A stretch of DNA of 64,000 nt, from NCBI GenBank assembly GCA_965223845.1, contig CBDCXR010000004.1, positions 2,720,001 to 2,784,000 of the forward strand, written 5' to 3'. Of the stretch, positions 57,196 through 64,000 are shown one piece after another. This stretch comes from Planctomycetota bacterium. GTDB lineage: Bacteria; Planctomycetota; UBA8108; SXIK01. The notes under the pieces were generated by a model. That model saw only the letters and a program-made list of their open reading frames with translations, had not been told where the DNA came from and made no database searches. The position numbers and the translations under genes are program-made. Each line of letters begins with the position of its first letter. The first letter of the stretch is position 1.

Positions 57196-59054
57196 GATGC
57201 TTCTCCGGCGGCTCCCCGTCGGCGTCGATCGCTCGCATCAACGTGAACGAGGAGGAGGGAGACATCAGCCGGTGTGACTCCGCTGATTCGCGACGCCTGC
57301 CCGATCGAATGAGGCTGGACGCGCGCGAGCTTTTCCCGCGCCTCGAGGCGGAGCCCGGTGATGCTCGCGTAATCGATCGAGGCCGGAAGGCGGCGATCTT
57401 CGAGTCGACGGAAGCGCTCGATCTGACGCTCTTGGCGCTCGATGTAGGCCTCGTACTTCGCGGCGACTTCGATCGCAGCGACGTCTTCGCTCGACAGCTC
57501 GTCCTCGCGCAGTTTCGGGTCGAGCGCAACGAGATCGGCGAACTCTCGATCCGGGCGCCGAAGAATGCGAAGGAGAGACTTCCCCTCGTGCTTCGCCCCA
57601 TCGAGATAGCGGAGCGTCGCCCGAGTTCGCTCGCGCTTTCGCAGCATGCGCTCGAGGTCCGCGGATGAGACGAGGCCGAGTCGGTGTCCGATCTCCATGA
57701 GGCGATCGTCGGCGTTGTCGGCTCGGAGGAGGAGGCGGTATTCCGCGCGCGATGTAAACATGCGATACGGCTCGCGCGGGCACTCGACGACGAGATCGTC
57801 GACGAGCACTCCGATGTACGCTTCGGAGCGCCGGAGAATGAGCGGATCTTCGCCGCGCAGCGCGAGCGCCGCGTTGATTCCCGCCATCAGACCCTGCGCC
57901 GCCGCCTCTTCGTATCCGCTCGTGCCACAGATCTGTCCGGCGAAGTAGAGACCCGCGACGAGTTTCGTCTCGAAAGTGGGGTGAATCTGCGTCGGCGGAA
58001 AAAAATCGTACTCGACCGCGTAGCCGTACTGAAGAACGCCGGCGTGCGCGAGGGCGGGAATGGTCGCGAGGAGATCGTCCTGAGCGTCGCGCGGCAGACT
58101 CGTCGATAGCCCGTTCACGTAGATCCAGTTCGTGTCGAGCCCCTCGGGTTCGAGAAAGAGCTGGTGCCGCGACTTTTCCGCGAATCGGACGACTTTGTCC
58201 TCGATCGAAGGGCAGTAGCGCGGACCGACGCCTTCGATCACGCCTCCGTACATCGGCGAGCGATGGAGCTCGCGGCGAATGACGTCGTGCGTCGCCGCGT
58301 TCGTGTACGCGATGTGACACGGCACCTGACGAAGCCGTAGACTCGTCGTCGAGTGCGAAAAGGGAACCGGTGGATCGTCTCCCGGTTGCTCGGTTGTTTC
58401 GCTCCAGTCGATCGTCTCGGCTGCGACGCGCGCGGGCGTTCCCGTCTTCAGTCGTCCCCGCTCGAAACCGTACTCGTCGAGAAAGTGCGAAAGATCGTAC
58501 GCGGCGTCCTCCCCCACGCGACCGCCCGGCGATTGTTCGCCGCCGCAGTGAAGGAGTCCGCGGAGAAACGTTCCCGTCGTCAAGACCACGGCGCGCCCGG
58601 GTACTTCACTCCCGTCTGCGAGACGCACGCCGCGCGCTCGGGGCCGTCCACCGTCGCCCGCGCGATCGACGAGCAGCCCGTCGACCTTTCCCCGCACGAG
58701 CTCGAGTCCCGGTTGCGAGCCGGCGACGCGCGCCATGTACGCCTCGTAGCGGTGCTTGTCGCACTGGGCGCGCGGCGCACGCACCGCCGGGCCCTTCCGC
58801 GTATTGAGCACGCGGAACTGAATGCCCGCGGCATCGGCCGCTCGGCCCATCTCGCCGCCGAGCGCGTCGATCTCGCGCACGATCTGGCCCTTGCCGAGTC
58901 CGCCGATCGCGGGATTGCACGACATTCTCCCCACGGCACGCTCATCCATCGTGACGAGCGCCGTTCGGAAGCCCATACGGGCCGCGGCGAGGGCAGCCTC
59001 GACTCCGGCATGGCCGCCGCCGACAACGATGATGTCGAACTGAGGAAGAATCAT
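57192..59054 (-). CDS. mnmG: tRNA U34 modification enzyme MnmG (GidA)
   Basis: GGGHAGVEAA, MSCNPAIGG, GPRYCPSIEDK, GYEEAAAQG, EPYRMFTSRAEYRL. Confidence 0.99.
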   Translation of the reverse strand: MILPQFDIIVVGGGHAGVEAALAAARMGFRTALVTMDERAVGRMSCNPAIGGLGKGQIVREIDALGGEMGRAADAAGIQFRVLNTRKGPAVRAPRAQCDKHRYEAYMARVAGSQPGLELVRGKVDGLLVDRAGDGGRPRARGVRLADGSEVPGRAVVLTTGTFLRGLLHCGGEQSPGGRVGEDAAYDLSHFLDEYGFERGRLKTGTPARVAAETIDWSETTEQPGDDPPVPFSHSTTSLRLRQVPCHIAYTNAATHDVIRRELHRSPMYGGVIEGVGPRYCPSIEDKVVRFAEKSRHQLFLEPEGLDTNWIYVNGLSTSLPRDAQDDLLATIPALAHAGVLQYGYAVEYDFFPPTQIHPTFETKLVAGLYFAGQICGTSGYEEAAAQGLMAGINAALALRGEDPLILRRSEAYIGVLVDDLVVECPREPYRMFTSRAEYRLLLRADNADDRLMEIGHRLGLVSSADLERMLRKRERTRATLRYLDGAKHEGKSLLRILRRPDREFADLVALDPKLREDELSSEDVAAIEVAAKYEAYIERQERQIERFRRLEDRRLPASIDYASITGLRLEAREKLARVQPHSIGQASRISGVTPADVSLLLVHVDASDRRRRGAAGEAS

Positions 59055-59159
59055 GGACAGCGCTCCGAGGACAGCCCGCGCTCAATCTACCCGAACTGCA
59101 AAGGAAATGGCGAACGAGGACCGCACTGACCGCCGTCCCCGTCGTGCTCTAGGGAGCGA

Positions 59160-60527
59160 TCACTCGAAGGAGAGCTTCCCGCCGAGCGATTGGAGCACGC
59201 TGAAGTAGTCGGGGTACGACTTCGAGACGACGTGCGGCTCAGCGATGACGACGTCGCGCACGACGAGCCCCGCGAGCGACATCGCCATGGCGATGCGGTG
59301 GTCTCCCCACGTGTCGAGCTCCGCGCCGTGAAGGGAGCTCGGATTCGGCCCGAGCGTTCCTTCGACTTGGAGCCCGTCGGAGAGCTCGACGACTTCCCCG
59401 CCGAGCTTGCGGATCTCGCTCGCAACGGAAGCGATGCGATCACTCTCTTTGTGACGGAGGTGAGCGACCCCGCGCAGTCGGGTACGACCGTGAGCGAAGA
59501 GAGCGACCACCGCGAGCGTCGGAACGACGTCCGGGATCTCGCTGCAGTTGAAATCGCCGCCCTTCAGGATCCCCTGCGGCGGCCGCGGTCCCGTGACGGT
59601 CACCGCGTTGCGCTCCTTCTTCACGCGGCACCCCATCGCGGCTAGGACGTCGGCGCAGCGGGCATCGCCCTGAACGCTTTCCTTTCCGACTCCCTCCACG
59701 CGGATCGTGGCTCCGGTCACAGCAGCAGCGCCGTAAAAGTAGCTGGCGCCGGAGGCATCGCCTTCAACGAAGTACTCCGACCGGCCTTGATAGCCGCGTC
59801 CGGGTGACACCTCGAACGTCGGCTGCGCGTCGTAGCCACGGTGATCGGAGCGTACGCTCACGCCGAAATCGCGCATCAACTCCAGCGTGAGATCGAGGTA
59901 CGGGCGCGATACGAGCTCCCCGGTGACGACGATCTCCACCGGACGGGGAGCGAGCGGCGCGGCCATGAGCAGCGCGGAAATGAACTGGCTCGAGATGTCC
60001 CCCGGCACCTGCACCCTGCCACCGACGATCGCTTGCGCGCCGATCGTGACGGGAGGGCAACCGGTAGGAGCGTCGACATCGGCTCCGAGCGAACGCAGCG
60101 CGTCGACGAGATGGTGAATCGGCCGCTCCCGCATTCGCGGTTCACCGTCGATGACGAAATCGCCGCCCGATGCTGCGAGAGCCGCGGTGAGGAATCGCGC
60201 GGTGGTGCCGGCGTTCCCGATGAAGAATCGCCCCGAGCGAACCGGAAACGCCCCGGCGACGCCGTCGATCGTGACTCGATCGCCCCCTTGATCGATGCGG
60301 ACGCCGAGCTGCCGAAGAGCGTCGATCAGGTAGCGCGAATCATCGCAGTCGAGCACGTTCGAAAGAGCCGTACGGCCGCGCGCGAGCGCGGCAACGAGAA
60401 GTGCGCGATTTGTGATCGACTTCGACCCGGGGAGTCGAACCGCCCCGGCTAGGCTGTCCACAGGTTCGAGTCGAACGGCCTTCGCGCCGGAAGGAATAGT
60501 CGGCGAACCGCCGGATGACTGCGACAT
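59160..60527 (-). CDS. aroA: EPSP synthase
   Basis: PGSKSITNR, GNAGTTARF, RERPI, SSQFISALLM, LRHKESDRI, DHRIAM, VSKSYP. Confidence 0.98.
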   Translation of the reverse strand: MSQSSGGSPTIPSGAKAVRLEPVDSLAGAVRLPGSKSITNRALLVAALARGRTALSNVLDCDDSRYLIDALRQLGVRIDQGGDRVTIDGVAGAFPVRSGRFFIGNAGTTARFLTAALAASGGDFVIDGEPRMRERPIHHLVDALRSLGADVDAPTGCPPVTIGAQAIVGGRVQVPGDISSQFISALLMAAPLAPRPVEIVVTGELVSRPYLDLTLELMRDFGVSVRSDHRGYDAQPTFEVSPGRGYQGRSEYFVEGDASGASYFYGAAAVTGATIRVEGVGKESVQGDARCADVLAAMGCRVKKERNAVTVTGPRPPQGILKGGDFNCSEIPDVVPTLAVVALFAHGRTRLRGVAHLRHKESDRIASVASEIRKLGGEVVELSDGLQVEGTLGPNPSSLHGAELDTWGDHRIAMAMSLAGLVVRDVVIAEPHVVSKSYPDYFSVLQSLGGKLSFE

Positions 60528-60570
60528 GTGGGCACCATGCGAGAGAGCGCGCGAAGAAACCAAGCAGAGG

Positions 60571-60598
60571 ATTATAGGTCGGCGCCCATCGCTGTCAA
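60571..60598 (-). promoter_or_regulatory. Consensus sigma70 promoter of aroA
   Basis: Perfect TTGACA-16 nt-TATAAT on the minus strand. Confidence 0.8.
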
Positions 60599-60844
60599 CG
60601 CGAGGCGCCGAGTCTCACGGTCGCGCGCGGGCCACGAGTCGCGCGCCGGCGGGCGAAGAATCTCATCCGTCCTCCCGGGGCGTGTCTCGAACCTCGCCCG
60701 AACTTGCCGACGATACTTGGAGAAAGCGGTCTTTCTTCTCCTCGAGCGAGCTCCGCGGATTCGCGCGAGCGCTTACGGCCGCCGCGCTTCGTTATCGGAG
60801 GACTCCCGAGAGTCTGAGCGCGCGTCCGTTGTCTAGGAGCCTAC

Positions 60845-61648
60845 ATGGGTCGAACCAGAGAGCGATACGGAGACCCCGCGCGAACTGCCCCCGAGAGCGA
60901 CCGGCGGCGGACGCGCTGGATTCTCACGGCCGGACTCGTCGGGGTCGCCGTGCTTGCGGCACGCGATCTCGCCCAATTTCGTTCCGCGTACGCGGAGCGA
61001 GCCGGACGCGTCGTCTTGGTCGCGGTCGTGGCGGTCTCGGACCACGAGTTCGACTCAAACGCAGGCGCTCGTTGGCGAGAGGATCTTCGTGTTTCCGCCA
61101 CGGCGGAGCTCGTGGAACGATGGTTCGACGCCGAGTACGAAAAACATCGCGCGGGCGAGGCGTCTTCGCTGAGGATCGCCGTTCATCAGACGACGGTCGT
61201 CCTTCCGGCTGCGGCGCCCCCACCATCCCTCCGGCATCTTCGGCAAACGGCGGCGGTCGAGACCCGCGGGGACGACGTCGTCGTCTACGTGGTCTACTAC
61301 CCCGATCGGGAGCGCGAGCGGTTCTCCGGAAGATCTCACGCGTCGGCTCGGGACGGCGAGGCGGTCGTGTACATCCCGCGCGACGAAGCGACGATCGGGT
61401 TCTACGAAGCGCTCATCGCTCACGAGATCTGTCATCTGCTCGGCGCGACGGACAAGTACGGTCCGCGCGGCGCGGAGTATCCACACGGATTCGCCGCACC
61501 GCTCCGCTCGCCTCTCTATCCGCAGGAGCGCGCCGAGATCATGGCGCTCGGGATTCCGCATTCGCGGTCGTCCGAGTCGATCGTCTTCGGACTCGAAGAC
61601 TGCGTCGTTGGCCGGGAATCGGCGCGTGAAATGGGCTGGCGTCGGTGA
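60845..61648 (+). CDS. Membrane-anchored metzincin-like zinc peptidase
   Basis: N-terminal TM; AHEICHLLGATD (HExxHxxGxxD); AEIMA Met-turn. Confidence 0.75.
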   Translation: MGRTRERYGDPARTAPESDRRRTRWILTAGLVGVAVLAARDLAQFRSAYAERAGRVVLVAVVAVSDHEFDSNAGARWREDLRVSATAELVERWFDAEYEKHRAGEASSLRIAVHQTTVVLPAAAPPPSLRHLRQTAAVETRGDDVVVYVVYYPDRERERFSGRSHASARDGEAVVYIPRDEATIGFYEALIAHEICHLLGATDKYGPRGAEYPHGFAAPLRSPLYPQERAEIMALGIPHSRSSESIVFGLEDCVVGRESAREMGWRR

Positions 61649-61701
61649 CGAGGGCGCCCGGGCGAAACTTCACCGAAGGATGGCGCCCGACGGCGCAGCG
61701 A

Positions 61702-63057
61702 TCAGTTCGCCGGGACGAGCGGGAGATCGTGATGGACGTCCGCGTCGAGCTCGCCCGGCAGAAACTCGAGCTCACACACTCGACAGCGCAGGCGACGCGG
61801 CGGTGCGGGTCGCGAGGGCGATTTCTCTCCGTGGCTCGTCGACGTTCGAGTCGGTCTGCTCTCGACCGGTGGATCCACCGGCAGCGCGTTCTCCACGGGC
61901 TCGCTCTCCGCGCTTTCCGCCGCGTCTCGCCGCGAGCTCGCGTCGGCTTCGAGGACCGTCGCGACACCGGGCGGGAGCCAAGATTCACGGGTGGCCCACG
62001 CGGCGGCGCCCGCCGCGGCGATCATCAAGAGCGCGGCAACCCGCTTCCATCGATGCCGTGGTCGGCGAACGAGTCGCGTCGACGCGGTCGCGTCTCCATC
62101 GAGCACCGCGAGGACCTCGCCCGCACTCTCGGGCCGGCGCACGGGATCCTTCTCGAGCAGACGAAACACGACCCCCGTGACGCGCTTTGAGACGCGCAGT
62201 CCCGGCGCGACCTTGTCGAAAGTCGGCGGTTCGTCCGTCAGGTGCTGCACGAGGATCATCCGCGACGTGCGGCCGGTGAACGGCGGATTGCCGGTCAGCA
62301 TCTCGTAGAGAATGATCCCGAGTGAATAGAGATCGCTCCGAACGTCCACCCGCTCCCCGGACGCCTGCTCCGGCGACATGTACTTGGGCGACCCGATTGC
62401 ACAGCCCTGCGTAAGCTCGTTCGTCGCTTCTTCGTCGCTCAAGACCTTGGCGATCCCGAAATCGAGGATGCGCACGGTGTCCCGATCTCCCTTCGCCTCG
62501 ACGAGGATGTTTTCCGGCTTGAGATCGCGATGGACGATCCCGAGCTCATGGGCGATGCGGAGACCGGAGAGAAGCTGAGTCGCGATGCCGATCACTCTCG
62601 CCGGGGGCAGAGGACCGCTCGCTCGGATGAGGTCGCGCAGACTGCGCCCCTCGAAAAAATCCATGGTAAAGAAGAGAAGGCCGTCCTGCGTCACGCCGAA
62701 GTCGCGCGTCTGGACGATCGCCGAATGCGTGAGCCGCATGACGACTTCGACTTCCTGAAGGAAGCGTCGACGGAAGGCGTCGTTCGCCGAAACGTCGGGG
62801 CGGAGCACTTTCATCGCGAAGAGATTGTTCTGCGAAAGGAGCTTGTGCCGCACTTTGTAGACGACACCCATGCCGCCCCGGCCGAGCACCGAGAGGACTT
62901 CGTACTTCCCGTTGATCACCGATCCGAGAAGACCATCGCGCTGGACGGCGGTCGCCGAACCGGTCGATCGCCCACACTCCGCACACGAGATCGCTCCCGG
63001 CGGAAGCGGCGTCGAGCAGGCGCTGCAGTTGGTGGTGTTCGGGTCGCTCTCGCTCAC
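61702..63057 (-). CDS. Ser/Thr protein kinase with N-terminal zinc ribbon and a TM segment
   Basis: CSAC...CAECG; GRGGMGVVY, AMK, HRDLKPEN, DFG, YMSPEQ, DLYSLG; TM; C-terminal CRVC...HH. Confidence 0.93.
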   Translation of the reverse strand: MSESDPNTTNCSACSTPLPPGAISCAECGRSTGSATAVQRDGLLGSVINGKYEVLSVLGRGGMGVVYKVRHKLLSQNNLFAMKVLRPDVSANDAFRRRFLQEVEVVMRLTHSAIVQTRDFGVTQDGLLFFTMDFFEGRSLRDLIRASGPLPPARVIGIATQLLSGLRIAHELGIVHRDLKPENILVEAKGDRDTVRILDFGIAKVLSDEEATNELTQGCAIGSPKYMSPEQASGERVDVRSDLYSLGIILYEMLTGNPPFTGRTSRMILVQHLTDEPPTFDKVAPGLRVSKRVTGVVFRLLEKDPVRRPESAGEVLAVLDGDATASTRLVRRPRHRWKRVAALLMIAAAGAAAWATRESWLPPGVATVLEADASSRRDAAESAESEPVENALPVDPPVESRPTRTSTSHGEKSPSRPAPPRRLRCRVCELEFLPGELDADVHHDLPLVPAN

Positions 63058-63066
63058 TCTCGCGCC

Positions 63067-64000
63067 TTACTCTGCGGACACTTTGTCGCGCTGTTCCTGC
63101 GCGTAGAACTGCCGGCCGTCGCGAGCGAGGCGATCGAGCGCTTCTGACGGAGCGAGACGATCGATTCCGAACGACCGCAGAGCCTCGGCGACCGTTTTCA
63201 CGCCGATGGCATCCGCGTAGCGAAGCGGCCCGCCGCGGAACGGCGCGAATCCCGTCCCCATCACCATCGCGAAGTCGAGGAGCGGTGCGGACGCGACGAC
63301 GCCCTCCTCGAGTGCGCGGGCGGCTTCGTTGATCACGGAGTACACGAGCCGCCGAACCCAGAGATCCGGATCGTCGGCATTCGGCCCCCGGCCGGCGGCG
63401 CCACCAAAGCGAAGCGCCGCAGGATTCGGATCGGAGCGCGTCGATCCCTTGTACCGGTAGAAGCCGCTCTGGTTCTTCTTCCCGAGGAGGCCGCCTTCGT
63501 CGAGGAGCTGCGTCATCACCGGCGCCGGAGTCATCCGGTCGCCGAAGGCTTCGTGCAGCGTGTGCGCGACCTTCGCAGCGACGTCGAGTCCGACTTCATC
63601 GATGAGCTCGAACGGCCCCATCGGCATGCCGAAGCGACGGAGTGCACGGTCGATCGACTCGATCGAATATCCTTCGCTGAAGAGGTGCGCGGCCTCGTTC
63701 AAGTAGCTTCCGAGTATGCGGTTGACGAGGAATCCCGGCCGGTCTGCTACGCGCACGGGAAACTTCCCGAGCTCGCGAGCAAACGCTTCGGCTCGTTCCG
63801 TCGCGTCTTCCGACGTTTGCTCGCCGGGAATCACCTCGATGAGCGGCATGCGGTGCACGGGATTGAAAAAGTGAAGCCCGACGAGCCGTTCGGGACGCGC
63901 GAGCTTGCTCTGCATTTCGGTGATCGAAAGGGCGGACGTGTTCGAGCAGAGGAGTGCGTCCTCGGCGACGTGCTCTTCGAGCTCGCCGAAGACGGCTTGC
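63067..64000 (-). CDS. fadB: Fatty-acid oxidation complex alpha subunit (3-hydroxyacyl-CoA dehydrogenase part), 5'-truncated by the window
   Basis: Frame is open to the window edge (CSNTSALSI); GLHFFNPVHRMPLIE, PGFLVNR, GMPMGP, GFAPFRGGP. Confidence 0.88.
   Translation of the reverse strand, partial: QAVFGELEEHVAEDALLCSNTSALSITEMQSKLARPERLVGLHFFNPVHRMPLIEVIPGEQTSEDATERAEAFARELGKFPVRVADRPGFLVNRILGSYLNEAAHLFSEGYSIESIDRALRRFGMPMGPFELIDEVGLDVAAKVAHTLHEAFGDRMTPAPVMTQLLDEGGLLGKKNQSGFYRYKGSTRSDPNPAALRFGGAAGRGPNADDPDLWVRRLVYSVINEAARALEEGVVASAPLLDFAMVMGTGFAPFRGGPLRYADAIGVKTVAEALRSFGIDRLAPSEALDRLARDGRQFYAQEQRDKVSAE

Noticed and set aside
1-64000. Abundant TCGA/CGATCG palindromes as a HIP1-like signal; mobile elements
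   Set aside because: The words are explicable by C-ending codons followed by GA-starting codons and cannot be tested without counts. No transposase, integrase, phage or rRNA/tRNA genes were recognised.

Overview
High-GC bacterial chromosome segment, with genes almost all on the minus strand. It most likely comes from an uncultured Planctomycetota lineage (inferred from the fused PilM-PilN, the style of the secretins, a dockerin-like C-terminal module, a sulfatase and a Ser/Thr kinase). Left to right: a chemosensory cluster (cheA-cheW-MCP-cheD-CheY/CheX fusion); a rhomboid-like protein; a 72/73-bp tandem repeat with hairpins; rplM-rpsI; rsmE; a translationally coupled glycosylation-like operon (GT2, GT4, methyltransferase, TMTC-like GT-C/TPR, membrane spermidine-synthase-like fusion); an archaeal-type HAD phosphatase; a sulfatase; a ~17 kb envelope locus; and housekeeping genes (UDG4, mtaB, coaD, lptD-like, comEC, mtnA, purE, purC, ruvC, der, Nudix, mnmG, aroA, partial fadB) mixed with a few uncharacterised genes. 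The envelope locus (20.5-37.5 kb) is the best candidate for a novel system. It joins a type IV pilus-like alignment module (PilM-PilN fusion, PilO-like, Fn3 protein), two paralogous lipoprotein secretins, two secreted TPR proteins and an ExbB + 2x ExbD proton motor. It contains no pilin, PilB/PilT ATPase, PilC or TonB, and three of its components carry long poly-Asp tracts. All calls come from reading motifs by eye; no database searches were run.
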